The notes under the pieces are model-generated. The model made no database searches. It was not told the origin of the DNA and worked only from the letters and a program-made list of their open reading frames with translations. From assembly GCA_052327205.1 (NCBI GenBank), contig JBMRGM010000038.1, forward strand, positions 40,362,001 to 40,426,000: DNA of 64,000 nt, given 5' to 3'. Source of the DNA: Somniosus microcephalus. Its lineage: Eukaryota. Of the stretch, positions 9,876 through 22,410 are shown piece by piece (position 1 is the first letter of the stretch; each line of letters begins with the position of its first letter). Position numbers and translations under genes: made by a program.

Positions 9876-10255
9876 AACTTCTCAGCTGAAGTTCTTTCTT
9901 TCTTTGAGGTAAGTTAAAATTGGAATGAGCAACAATTTTAAACCAAAATGAGTAGGCCGCCTAATTTCAGAAGTTAATCCTATTAATTGCCCTACGATCG
10001 ATGAGTTGCACAATTCTAACTAAAACCCGAAGACAACAACCGTCTTCAAGCCGAACAGAATTATAATTTAAAAAGACTCCGCCCTCTCTCCATTCCCCCC
10101 GCTATAGGAGGACTCATCTTATGCAATGTGCCCTTCCCTTTTACAAAGCAATTCCCACTCATTGGCTAAGTTGAGGGCACTGTTTATTTTCTGATTTGCT
10201 GTGATTCACCAAATAAACTCAAAAGCTTCTGATTACGAACACCGTGTTAATTTTT

Positions 10256-11640
10256 GAACATAGAAGATAGGAGCAGGAGTAGGCCATTCGGCCCCTCGAG
10301 CCTGCTCCGCCATTCAATGAGATCATGGCTGATCATCCAAATTCAGTACCCTGTCCCTGCCTTCTCCCCATATCCCTTGATCCCTTTAGCCTCAAGAAAC
10401 ATATCCAACTCTTTCTTGAATATATTTAATGAACTGGCCTCCACCGCCCTCTGTGGCAGAGAATTCCACAGGTTCACCACTCTCTGGGTGAAGAAATTCC
10501 TCCTCATCTCAGTCCTAAATGGCTTACCCCTTATCCTTAGACTATGACCCCTGGTTCTGGACTCCCCAGCCATCAGAAACATCCTTCCTGCATCTAGTCT
10601 GTCCAGGCCCGACAGAATTTTATAGGTTTCGATGAGATCCCCTCTCAATCTTCTAAACTCCAGTGAGTATAAGCCCAATTGACACAATCTCTCCTCGTAC
10701 GTCATTCCTGCCATCCCAGGTATCAGCCTGGTGAATCTTCGCTGCACTCCCTCCATGGCAAGAACGTCCTTCCTCAGGTAAGGTGACCAAAACAGCACAC
10801 AATACTCAAGGTGCGGTCTCACCAAGGCCCTGTACAACTGTAGCAAGACATCCTTGTTCCTGTACTCGAACCCTCTTGCTACGAAGGCCAACATACCATT
10901 TGCCTTCTTAACCGCCTGCTGCACCTGCATGCTTACCTTCAGCGACTGGTGCACAAGGACACCTAGGTCTCTTTGCACTTCCCCTTCTCCCAATCTATTG
11001 CCATTCAAATAATAATCTGCCTTCCTGTTTTTGCCACCAAAGTGGATAACCTCACATTTATCCACATTATAGTGCATTTGCCATGTTTCTGCCCAATCAC
11101 CCAACCTGTCCAAATCGTACTGGAGTTTCATGACATCCTCCTCACAGCATACCCTCCCACCCAGCTTTGTGTCATCTGCAAATTTGGAGATATTACATCC
11201 AATTCCCTCATCCAGATCATTAATATATATTGTGAACAGCTGGGGTCCTAGGACCGATCCTTGCGGTACCCCACTAGTCACTGCCTGCCACTCGGAAAAC
11301 GACCCGTTTATTCCAACTCTTTGCTTTCTGTCCGCCAACCAGTTCTCTATCCAAGTCAACACCTTGCCCCCAATCCCATGTGCCTTAATTTTACACGCTA
11401 ACCTCTTATGCGGGACCTTATCGAAAGCCTTCTGAAAGTCCAAATACACCACATCCACTGGTTCTCCCTTATCTATTCTACCAGTTACATCCTCAAAAAA
11501 TTGCAGTAGATTAGTCAAGCACGATTTACCTTTTGTAAATCCATGTTGACTTTGTCCGATCCTGTCACTGCTTTCCAAGTGCTCTGCTATTACATCTTTT
11601 ATAATGGACTCTAGCATTTTCCCCACTACCGATGTCAGAC
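10256..11640 (-). mobile_element. CR1 LINE, 5'-truncated, RT domain still open
   Basis: ORF 10343-11686 carries QHGF, YLDFQKAFDKV, GVPQGSVLGP and FADD reverse-transcriptase motifs. Confidence 0.95.
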
Positions 11641-11689
11641 TGAAGAGGCACGAAACTGCTGATTCCACCTGATCGTCAACCCCCAAAAA

Positions 11690-12550
11690 TCAAACTGGAT
11701 AAAAATCCACTGCTGAAACCCTCATCCATGCCTTTGTTACCTCTAGACTTGACTATTCCAACGCACTCCTGGCTGGCCTCCCACATTCCACCCTACGTAA
11801 ACTTGAGGTCATCCAAAACTCGGCTGCCCGTGTCCTAACTCGCACCAAGTCCCGTTCACCCATCACTCCTGTGCTCGCTGACCTACATTGGCTCCCGGTT
11901 AAGCAGCGCCTCGATTTCAAAATTCTCACCCTTGTTTTATTCTTGTGGAATTCTCTACCACAGAAGGCAGTGGAGGCCAATTCATTAAATATATTCAAGA
12001 ATGAGTTAGATATATTTCTTAAGGCTAAAGGGATCAAGGGATATGGGGAGAAGGCAGGAACAGGGTACTGAATTTGGATGATCAGCCATGATCTCATTGA
12101 ATGGCGGAGCAGGCTCAAGGGGCCGAATGGCCTACTCCTGCTCCTATCTTCTGTGTTTCTGTGTTTTCAGATCCCTCCATGGTCTCGCCCCTTCCTATCT
12201 CTGTAATCTCCTTCAGCCCCACAACCCCCCGAGATATCTGCGCTCCTCTAATTCTGCCCTCTTGAGGATCCCTGATTATAATCGCTCAACATTTGATGAC
12301 CGTGCCTGCTGTTGCCTAGGCCCCAAGCTCTGGAATTCCCTGCCTAAACCTGTCCGCCTCGCTACCTCTCTTTCCTCCTTTAAGACTCTCCTTAAAACCT
12401 ACCTCTTTGACCAAGCTTTTGGTCACCTGCCCTAATTTATCCTTATGTGGATCGCTGTCAAATTTTTTGTCTTATAATACTCCTGTGCAGCGCCTTGGGA
12501 TGTTTTACTACGTTAAAGGTGCTATATAAATACAAGTTGTTGTTGTTGTT
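11690..12550 (+). mobile_element. L2 LINE 3' portion interrupted by a CR1 3' fragment (~11943-12160)
   Basis: Translates as LIHAFVTSRLDYSNALLAGLP...LHWLPVKQR...LWNSLP...FKTLLKTYLF; (GTT)n tail at ~12536-12550. Confidence 0.8.
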
Positions 12551-12886
12551 GGCTAGCTCCAAAATAATGGAATCATAGAATCTTACAGCACAGAAGGAGG
12601 CCATTCGGCCCATCGTGCCTGTGCCGGCTCTTTGAATGAGCTATGCAATTGGTACCACTCCCCTGCTCTCTCCCAATAACCCTGCATTTTTTTTTCGTTT
12701 TTCAAGTATTTATCCAATTCCCCTTTTGAAAGTTACTATTGAATCTGCCCTTCCAGGCAGCGCATTCCAGATCATAACAGCTCACAGCGTAAAAAAAATT
12801 CTCCTCATCTTCCCCCTCTGGTTCTTTTGCAAATCACCTTAAATCTGTGTCTTCTGGTTACCGACCCACCTGCCAGTGGAAACAGT

Positions 12887-13733
12887 GGGGTAGATTTTCC
12901 TGAACCTGTTGGGAAGAAGGCGGGACTTCCCCTTTCGGGTTTTTGACCCGCCTACTTCGACGTCCGGCCAATCCGCGCGATTTTCCTTTGATTGACCTTG
13001 CTGAGTCCGCCCAGCGGGCTCAGCAGGCCAATTAAGGGCCACCCGGCAACAGGTGACGTCACAGACTGCAATTTCATCTGTCAAGAGTTTTTGACAGATG
13101 AAATATCAGCGTTTGACAGCTGTTTGAAGCTGTGAAACACTGACAGTCTGAGTTCTAACATGAGTCCTTCTGCACAGACTCAGTTAGAACTCTCACCGGC
13201 ACTCAAAGCTGAAAGCTGTCACTTTTGACAGATCGCAGCCGTTCAGCTTTCAGTTCCGGCTGAGTGATGCGCGACCGACGGCTACAGGAAGAAAGGCTGT
13301 TAAGGTAAGTGCCGGTAAGTAAAAGTTCTTTACACACTTTAGACACACCAAACACACTTACCTTTGCACTCATGCACCCATCACTCACCTGAGCACCGAC
13401 ATCTCGACCCCTCCAAGTCCTTCAACCCGACGGCCCGCCTGCTCTAACCTGGCGCGGTATGGAGCCGTCGGGAAACCCACACGAAACCCCTCAAAATAGG
13501 GATTAGGCTAAAAACTGCCTGTTAACTACCTGCTAACAGGCAGTTAATTGGCACTAATCCCTTCCCGCCTCGGGTCGGCAGGTCCCAGTGCGGAGCGGGC
13601 ACCCACCGCCCCTGAAACTTACGTGGGGCGGGGTTTTGGGCAGGATGGTGTCGGGACCCCCAAATTCGGGATTCCCCCCCGCCCCCCTCACACGCCTGAA
13701 ACCCCGCCTGACGGCTCCAGGAAAATCTAGCCC
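12887..13733. mobile_element. PIF/Harbinger-like MITE
   Basis: TIRs GGGGTAGATTTTCCTG ... CAGGAAAATCTAGCCC; 3-bp TSD AGT (12884-12886 and 13734-13736); interrupts a minus-strand CR1 fragment. Confidence 0.85.
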
Positions 13734-14494
13734 AGTATCTCCTTATTTACTCTCAAAAGTGCTCGATAAAAGGGGAAAGATGTGACTGCTGGAAACCTGA
13801 AATAAAAAGAGAAAATGGTGGAAACAGAAGGTTAGTTCTTTATCAGACTGGGTTCTGATTCCTGATGGATGGTACACACTCAAAATGTCATAATCTGTCT
13901 TTTCTCTTACAGATGCTGAATCATAGATGTTTATAACACAGAAACCTAGGAACAGGAGGAGGCCCTTCAGCCCCTCGAGCCTGTTCTGCCATTCAATGAG
14001 ATCACGGCTGATCTGTATCTGAACTCCATCTACCTGTCTTGGTTCCATAACCCTTAATACCCTTGCCTAACAAAAATCTATCGATCTCGGTTTTAAAATA
14101 TTAAATTGAAGGCCATTTGGTGGTGGCTCTTTGCTAGGCCAATCGAAAAACTGACTCGCGCTCTCCCCATAGACCTATATTATCCTCAGCTTCCTATTCT
14201 TATCTAATTTTACAATGGTCTCTGTTTCAACCACTCCCTCGAGCGAAGCAATCCATGCACTAACAACCCTCTAGGTGGTGAAGTTTCTCCGAATCACTCT
14301 CAAGGTACTTACGAATGAGGAGGGTCATTGAGCCCATTTTAATACAACCGCCCAGAGCAACCCTACATTCCTCCCAGCGCTGCATCAGGTTGTTTCCAGG
14401 GTTTTCGCCTTCACCGCTCTGCTCAGAAGCCCATTCTAAGTGTTGATCACTCTTTGTGTGATATCAGTTCTAACATTTTAGTGGTTTCTACTCT

Positions 14495-15010
14495 CAGAGT
14501 GTCTCACCTCCTCCTGACTCCCCAAAGCCTTTCCACCATCTAAAGGGCACAAGTCAGGAATGTGATGGAATAGTCTCCACTTGCCTGGATGAGTGCAGCT
14601 CCAACAACACTCAAGAAACCCGACACCATCCAGGACAAAGCAGCCCACTTGATTGGCACCCCGTCCACCACCTTAAACATTCACTCCCTCCACCACCGGC
14701 GCACCGTGGCTGCAGTGTGTACCCTCTACAAGGTGCACTGCAGCAACTCGCCAAGGCTTCTTCGGCAGCACCTCCCAAACCCGCGACCTCTTCCACATAG
14801 AAGGACAAGGGCAGAAGGCACATGGGAACACCACCACCTCCAAGATCCCCTCCAAGTCACACACCATCCTGACTTGGAAATATATCGGCCGTTCCTTCAT
14901 CGTCGCTGGGTCAAAATCCTGGAACTCCCTCCCTAACAGCACTGTGGGAGCACCTTCACCACATGGGACTGCAGCAGTTCAAGAAGGCAGCTCACCACCA
15001 TCTTCTCAAG
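14495..15010 (+). mobile_element. L2/Crack-like LINE 3' end, split by the LTR; tail resumes at 16487-16540
   Basis: Matches 50966-51425; ...ttctcaag|ggcaattagggatgggcaataa is rejoined across the LTR. Confidence 0.75.
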
Positions 15011-16486
15011 TGTAGGATTCACAAAATTCCCACATTTCCCAAGTTATTCAACAAGGGACCCTGAAGGACAAGTTATGAAATAAGGGAACCCTGAAGGACA
15101 ATGGCTTTTGGACTTTATGGCAAAGACTGCAAGGTTAAAAGCAGGGCCCTGCGCAGCATGTCAAGTTCAAAACTCAAAACTGGGCCTGTGGGAGACAGCT
15201 TTAATTTGTGATTTCAAACCAGACAGCTAAAAGAGACAGAACACGCATTCTTCCCTTTAAAACAAATCAACTCAGGAAGAGGTTTAATCTTGCTCAAAGT
15301 TAAAGCCATCAAGACTATGCATATATAATCGCCTACAGTTCAAACTAGCTACCAAGCCAGGAAGACACCGATTTACATTATGCGTAAACAAACACCAAGA
15401 CATTAAAAACCATTTAACAATGGGACAACCGCCCAAAAACCAGTTAAGGTGAACGACCATAATCACCTTAATGAGCCCGCCAAAAATCAAACAAAGAACT
15501 AGCCCTGATTTGGCGCACTGATAACAAACTCGGAAATAGTATAATTGTAGGCCCACCGGTAACCAAAGGAGCGTTGGGGACAAGCAGGCACATGCTCAGG
15601 GCCAGGTTACTCGAAACTCAAAGAAGCAGATGGAACATCACGGCGAGGAGGCACGGTGGGGCAGGCTCGACCAAAGACGACTAGGCCGCAACCGCAGCCT
15701 TACACAGAGACCGACCACGAGCACCGCAGTAACAAAGGGCCGGGCAAACCATACCTTCAGATCATTACCACTACACAGGTAATGATCTAGGCCACTGCGA
15801 CCGAGCCGACACCGAAGACCGCCAGCCGAACCCCAACCGCAACAAAACTCGACGACCAGACCACCACTAAAAGAACAAAACCCAAAGTTTTCCACTCTAC
15901 AAGATAAAGTACCCAACAAAGACTTTACTCCCTATCTCTAACGGAGAAAAGAAGGTACTCACCCAGATAAATCCACAACCGCGCCCTTACCGCATCTGTG
16001 GACTCCACCCAACTGAAGAATCTTCGCAGATCCTAAGGCTGAGACCACGTGGCGACGGCAGGCCCCAAAGGACACAAAGAGCGAACCCCAAAAACGCAAC
16101 CAGCTTAATTGACAGGATTTGAACTGTCAAGAAACCCCTATTGGTGAGCATAATCCCTGGCTCTTGTAGTGCAATCTAGTTAGGTATTGGGGGTGGGACA
16201 AGGGTAGGGGGATTATTAATGTGATTTTCCCTCATTGTGCCGTGTGTTCCCCATTCTTAATTAATTGTACTTTGTATGCCTGTAATCACTCCAGTAATTT
16301 AAGTGTGTAATTTTAAGTGTGACTTTAAATAAAATACAGTTTTCTTGCACCAAACCAGTTGTCTACTCCAATTCTGTATCGCCACCTGTACCTAAGTCCG
16401 GTGTCTAGAACCCAGGGGTGTGGGAGCGATTTGAACTGCTCAAAAACAGTCAGGGGCAAAGCTGACTGCACACACCGCCCCCTACA
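15011..16486 (+). mobile_element. Solo LTR, 1476 bp
   Basis: Termini TGTAGG...CCTACA; 4-bp TSD CAAG on both sides; AATAAA near 16328; no coding remnant. Confidence 0.85.
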
Positions 16487-17007
16487 CAAGGGCAATTAGG
16501 GATGGGCAATAAGACGCCCACATTCCGTGAACGAGTAAAAACAGTTTAATATAAAGTATTCCAGATTAAGGACACATTTATACAGCGCCTTTCATGCCCT
16601 TAGCACGTCCCAAAGCGCTTCACAACCAATGAAGTACTTTTGAAGTGTAGTCACTGCTGTACTTTGGCAAACACGGCAGCCAATTTGTGCACAGCAAGCG
16701 CCCACAAACAGTAATGAGATAAACGACCAGTTAATCTGCTTTGGTGGTGTTGGTTCAGGGAGGAATGTTAGCCAGGACAGAGTCATATATCCAAATTTGC
16801 CAATGACACAAAGATCGGCGGCACTGTAGGCAGTGTAGATGGAAGCATAACATTACAAAGGGATATCGACAGATTAAGCGAATGGGCAAAACTGTGGCAA
16901 ATGGATTTCAATGTAGGCAAATGTGAGGTCATCCACTTTGGACTTAAAACGGATAGAACAGGGTACCTTCTAAATGGTGAAAGGCTAAAAACAGTGGATG
17001 TCCAAAG

Positions 17008-17633
17008 TGTAGTGATCAATAGCATGTCATTCTATAGTGGACACTAGGTGGAGCTGTGTAGAGCTGTATATAGCTGTACTAGCTGGGGAGCCCCACGTTG
17101 CGAGGGCAATTTAGGGGCGCTTGGTCTCCCTGCCCCTGTGTGTCCCCCCCTCTCCCTGTCATGTCCTCTCCCTGTCCTATCCCTCCCTCCCCTCCCCTCC
17201 CCTCTCTCCCTCCCCTCCCCTGTCTCCTCCCCTCCCCTCGCTCCCCTGCTCCCCTCTGTCCCTCTCTCCGGCCCCTCCCCCTGCCTAGCGCCTGAGGTCC
17301 GGTGCCGTTGCGATAGCGGGAATGCTGAGCGGCGGCCGGCGCCGGGAGCGGGCTCTCGCGGGCGGCGCATGCGCGGTCAGTGCGGGCGGCGCGAGGGGAG
17401 CAGGCAAGACCGGCATATAAGACTACACTACCCAGCTGTATGATATTAAGACTACATTACCCATGAGGCACTAGGCTACCCACAAGGCAACAGTCAAGAT
17501 GGCAGCCTGCACACAGGAGCACACATGGAAGCCTCTGCAGATACTGTACCTAGAGAACGTGTACTGAATAAATGACTAGCTAGAAGCTAGCTGTGTTCAT
17601 AATAAGAATGTCTAGTTATTAATGAACATAACA
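17008..17633 (+). mobile_element. Solo LTR containing a Helitron 3' fragment
   Basis: TGTAGT...ATAACA termini; 5-bp TSD CAAAG (17003-17007 and 17634-17638); AATAAA near 17568. Confidence 0.8.
17079..17395 (-). mobile_element. Helitron 3'-end fragment, same family as 7741-9029
   Basis: A|CTAGCTGGGGAGCCCCACGTTGCGAGGGC... matches 7741 onward; one copy of the 24-bp unit; no 5' TC end seen. Confidence 0.85.
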
Positions 17634-18547
17634 CAAAGAGACTTGGGGGTTCAGGTACATAGATCATTAAAATGTCATGAACAGGTACAGAAAATAATCA
17701 AAAAGGCTAATGGAATGCTGGCCTTTATATCTAGAGGACTGGAATACAAGGGGGTAGAAGTTATGCTGCAGCTACACAAAACCCTGGTTAGACCACACCT
17801 GGAGCACTGTGAGCAGTTCTGGGCACCACACCTCAGGAAGGATATATTGGCCTTGGAGGGAGTGCAGCGTAGGTTTACCAGAATGATACCCGGACTCCAA
17901 GGGTTAAGTTACGAGGAGAGATTACACAAACTAGGGTTATATTCCCTCGAATTTAGAAGGTTAAGGGGTGATTTGATCAAAGTTTTCAAGATATTAAGGG
18001 GAACAGAGAGGGTAGATAGAAACTATTTCTGCTGGTTGGGGATCCTAGGACTAAGGGGGGGGCATCGTCTAAAAATTAGAGCCAGACCTTTCAGGAGTGA
18101 AATTAGGAAACACGTCTACACACAAAGGGCGGTAGAAGTTTGGAACTCTCTTCTGCAAACGGCAGTTGATGCTGGATCAATTGTTAATTTTAAATCGGAG
18201 ATTGATAGCTTTCTGTTAACCAAAGGTATTAAGGGATATGGGCCAAAGACGGGTATAAGAAGTTAAATCGCTGATCAGCCATGATCTCATTGAATGGCGG
18301 AACAGGCTCGAGGGGCTGAATGGCCTCCTCCTGTTCCTATGTCCCTATGTTCTTAGAACTCACCGGGCCTTCTTCGAATAGTGCCATGGGATCTTTCATT
18401 AGGTTTTTCATTTGTGTTAACAGACAGGGCCTCGTTTTAACATTTCATCAAAATAAAAACACCTCTGACAGTGCAGCACTCCCTCACGATTATGCTGAAG
18501 TGTCAACCTAGATTACATGCTTAAATTTCTGGATTGGAACTTAAACC

Positions 18548-19221
18548 TGGCACTAAGCTCATGGTCTACAGGGCAGCAGTGATACCCACCCTCCTGTGTG
18601 CCTCAGAGACATGGACCATGTACAGCAGGCACCTCAAAGCACTGGAGAGGTACCACCAACGCTGCCTCCGCAAGATCCTGCAAATCCATTGGCAGGATAG
18701 GCGCACCAACGTCAGTGTTCTCGCTCAGGCCAACATCCCCAGCATCGAAGCTTTGACCACGCTCGATCAGCTCCGATGGACGAGTCATATTGTCCGCATG
18801 CCCGATACGAGACTCCCAAAACAAGCGCTCTACTCGGAGTTCCGACACGGCAAGAGAGCCCCAGGTGGGCAGAGGAAACGCTTCAAGGACACCCTCAAAG
18901 CCTCCTTGAAAAAGTGTAACATCCCCACCGACACCTGGGAATCCCTGGCCCAAGACCGCACAAAGTGGAGGAGAAGCATCCGGGAAGGCGCCGAACACCT
19001 CGAGTCTCTTCGCCGGGAGCAAGCGGAAACCAAGCGCAAGCAGCGCAAGGAGCGCACGTCAACCCAAGCACCCCACCCACCCGCCCCTTCAACCACCGTC
19101 TGCCCCACCTGTGACAGAGACTGTAGGTCCCACATTGGACTCATCAGTCACCTGCGAACTCATTTTTAATGTGGAAGCAAGTCATCCTCGGTTCCCGAGG
19201 GACCGCCTAAGAGAGAAGAGA
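18548..19221 (+). mobile_element. RTE-clade LINE, 5'-truncated, recent
   Basis: Open frame with LDQLRWTSHIVRMPDTRLPKQALY...GGQRKRFKDTLK and C-terminal CPTCDRDCRSHIGLISHLRTH; 12-bp TSD GGAACTTAAACC (18536-18547 and 19222-19233); inserted in a SINE. Confidence 0.9.
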
Positions 19222-20134
19222 GGAACTTAAACCCACACAACCTTCTGGCTCGGAGACGATCGTGCTACCTCAGAACCAAGGCTGACACAACTTTTCCATG
19301 CCATTCCTCGCTCCCTTAGTGACAATTTTAAATTGATAACCCTTCGTTACTAACTCGTTCATTGTGTCAGCTTGGCTCAGATGCTGTAACTTGCCTCTGA
19401 GTCAGAAGGTTGTGGATTCAAGCCTCACTTCAGGAAGCGGGCATATATTACAGGCTGCAGTCCTGAGAGAGTGCTGCATTGTTGGGAGCTTCTTTCCTTT
19501 TAAGGGCCCTTGTGAGTAGGGTTTCCAACTCTGGTTAGACAGATTCTTGGAGGTTGCACCGCATGACCGACACCCAGTCAAACAGCCCCAACCATCATCT
19601 CTAATATTTTTAGAACTAAGAGACAAAACTGTTCAAAGAAAATGATTTTTTTTTTTAATGCTCCAATGATTTTTCACCTGGGTTGCTCACGGCAGTGTCC
19701 AAGGAGATTAATCTTTAATTCCTGGATACTCCAGGGTAATCTTGGAGGGTTGGCAATGCTACCGGTGAAGACTTGTTGCAGCAATGCCAACTGTCGCAAA
19801 TTCATCGCGAGGCACGCGATTCTTAAAGAAAATTTACCCCAACTCGCGAAGGGTGGTGATAACGGGTAGGACCTTTAAAAAAGTTCTTTGTAAAGCATTT
19901 TCAGATGCAGTAATATAGTTTTTGTAAAGAGCTGTGTGCCCTGTTGGAGATTAAATAAAGCCACTTAATGAGGTTTATAAACCCATAAAATACCAACTCA
20001 TCAAGATTTCTTACCAAATCTCATGATTTTTAAGAGTTTGAAATGGTGGGGTTGCCATTACTGTTGTTGTGCATTTCCAGCACTTGTCTTGGTTGAGTCA
20101 GCAGATGCAGTCTAGCTGTACTCTGCCAACTTTG

Positions 20135-20850
20135 AGTGAAGTACTTTTTGAAGTGCAGTCACTGTTGTAATGTAGGAAACACAGTGGGATCTTTTACATC
20201 CACCCGAGAGAGCAGATGGGGCCTCGGTTTAACGGCTCATCCGAAAGACAGCACCTCCGACAGTGCAGCACTCCCTCAGTACTGCGCTGGCGTGTCAGCC
20301 TGGATTTTGTGCTCAAGCCTCTGGAATGGGGCTCGAACCCACAACCTTCTGACTCAGAGGCGAGAGAGAGAGTGCTACCCACTGAGCCACTGGCTGACAC
20401 CCTCTTGCTGTTTTTAGGCCCAAAATGGCAGCCACTTTGGGCAAGGCGCGGGAGAGCAGCTGCTGGAGGCCGTAACCCAACATAGAACACCGCCTTCAGT
20501 TACAGGGGGGCAAGTGTTGATCTGATAGTGTCAGCTGGTTATGGCTCAGTTGGTAGCACCCTCACCTGTGAGTCAGAAGGTTATGGGTTCTAAGGTGGAC
20601 ATAAAAGATCCCATGGCACTATTTCGAAGAAGAGTTCTCCCCAGTGTAGTGGCCAATATTTAATCCCTCAATCGGCATCACTAAAAAGAGATTATCTGGT
20701 CAGTATCACATTGCGGTTTGTGGGAGCTTGCTGTGCGCAAATTGGCTGCCACGTTTCCTACATTACAACAGTGACCATACTTCATTGGCTGGAAAGCGCT
20801 TTGGGACATGCGGTGGTTGTGAAAGACGCTGTATAAATGCAAGAATTTCT
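20135..20850. mobile_element. Two Deu-type SINE copies (- 20135-20400, + 20528-20850)
   Basis: Similarity to 44152-44620. Confidence 0.75.
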
Positions 20851-20874
20851 TCTTTTTCTAACTAATTGCAGCAA

Positions 20875-21420
20875 TCAAACTCCCAGAGTAAGTCTTGCCA
20901 GACATAGAGAGAGAGTCTCTTTAACTGGAAGGAAAACTTTTCTTTAAGGACTACAACTCCCAGAGAGCCTGGCGCACCAACCAAGGTGTTTTTTGCAAAT
21001 GAGAAACTTTTTTTTTCTTGCTTCTTTTCTCCTCAGCGGCGTTTTCCGCCCCACATCTAATTTCAATATCAGCATATTTGAAGCATGCGGCCTACCATTT
21101 TGGAAAAGCCTGGTGAAGCCATCCCTCCGCGACTACAACTCCCAGAAGCCTTCAGCGCAGTGCGCGTGCGCAGTAGCGCGGCACCATTTTAAGTCAATTT
21201 TCTCATTTTTATTTTCACCGCCGAGTCACCGGCGGCTGTTAGGTGACTGGTGAGAACAGTGTTTGACCGCCTCCAGCTAATAATAAATTCGATTTTTTTT
21301 TCCATGGATGAGGCGGCCAGCAGACTACATTTCCCAGCGTGCCCCTGCGGCAGGGGTGAGGCCCGGCGCATGCGCAGTGGTGGTGGGCCGGACCGGACCG
21401 GGGTGTCCATGGCAATGGCG
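20875..21420 (+). promoter_or_regulatory. CpG-rich promoter, probably of the MB21D2-like gene
   Basis: GACTACAACTCCCAG at 20949 and 21131 and GACTACATTTCCCAG at 21323 (ZNF143/THAP11-type motif); GCGCATGCGCA at 21366 (NRF1); donor-like CTG|GTGAGA near 21249. Confidence 0.7.
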
Positions 21421-21844
21421 ACCTGTGGAATTTAAAGCTTCGGGGGAGGGCCCAGGGAAGGAGGTGTCTGCTCCTGGAAACACCGAGCTGGGCCTGTGTA
21501 AGGGGAGGAAGAGGGTTGCAAGGGGAGGGAGGATGAGGATGGAAGCAGGTGTGTGTCTCTTTTAGCCATTGTCCAGGGTGAGATCTGGCTGGCTGAGCTC
21601 TATCCCTTTCCCCTTGGCTGCTGTTTATTTTCTTCTTTCCTTCCCCTCTTCCCACACCCTCAACTCCTTGCTGGGGTGACTTGGCCAAGTGGTCTTTTTC
21701 CCCCCAAGATTTGAGGGCAGGCAATTCAACTGTGGGAGGCATCGCACTCCCATCCTCTCTCTCTTCCCTCCCCCCCGCCGCAGAGCACCCCATCCCATGC
21801 CGGCAGCGAGGGATGCTCTTGTCTTGTCCCGGCCTAGGCAAGAA

Positions 21845-22410
21845 AGAAAGGCTGGCATTTCGACAGCGCCTTCCGCCACCGGACGTCCCAAATTGCTTCG
21901 CGGCCAATGAAATACTTTTTTTTTGAAGCGTGGTCGCTGTTGTAATGCAGGGAAACGCGGCAGACACTTTGCGCACGGGAAGCTCCCACAGACAGCCAAA
22001 ATGACCGTGTAATCTGTTTTTGTGATTTTGGTTGAGGGATGAATAGTGGCCCAGGACACCGGGGGAGAGCTCCCCTGCTCTTCCAGTAGTGCCGTGGGAT
22101 CTTTTACGTCCACCTGAGAGGGCTGACATGCAGTCTAGCTGTACTCCACCAACTTTGTGAGGGAATGGCCAAGGACACTGGGGATAACTCACCCCTGCTC
22201 TTCTTCCAGTAGTGCCGTGGGATCTTTTACATCCACCTGAGAGACTAGACGGGACCTCGGTTTAACGTCTCATCTGAAAGACGGTACCTCCGACAGTGCA
22301 GCGCTCCCTCAGCACTGGCACTGGGAGTGTCAGCCTAGATTCTTGTGCTCAAGGCTCTGGAGGAGGACTTGAACCCACAACCTTCTGATTCGGAGGTGAG
22401 GGTGCTACCA
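21845..22410 (-). mobile_element. Deu-type SINE pieces
   Basis: Reverse complement of the family at 44152-44620, with a duplicated middle segment. Confidence 0.7.

Larger units (their letters stand above)
16783..18352 (+). mobile_element. CR1 LINE (older subfamily) interrupted by a solo LTR
   Basis: ISKFANDTKIGG... before 17007 continues as QRDLGVQVH...EGVQRRFTRMIPG after 17634. Confidence 0.85.

Noticed and set aside
21239-22192. 317-aa minus-strand ORF beside the promoter
   Set aside because: Runs through SINE sequence and GC-rich promoter DNA, with no domain-like composition
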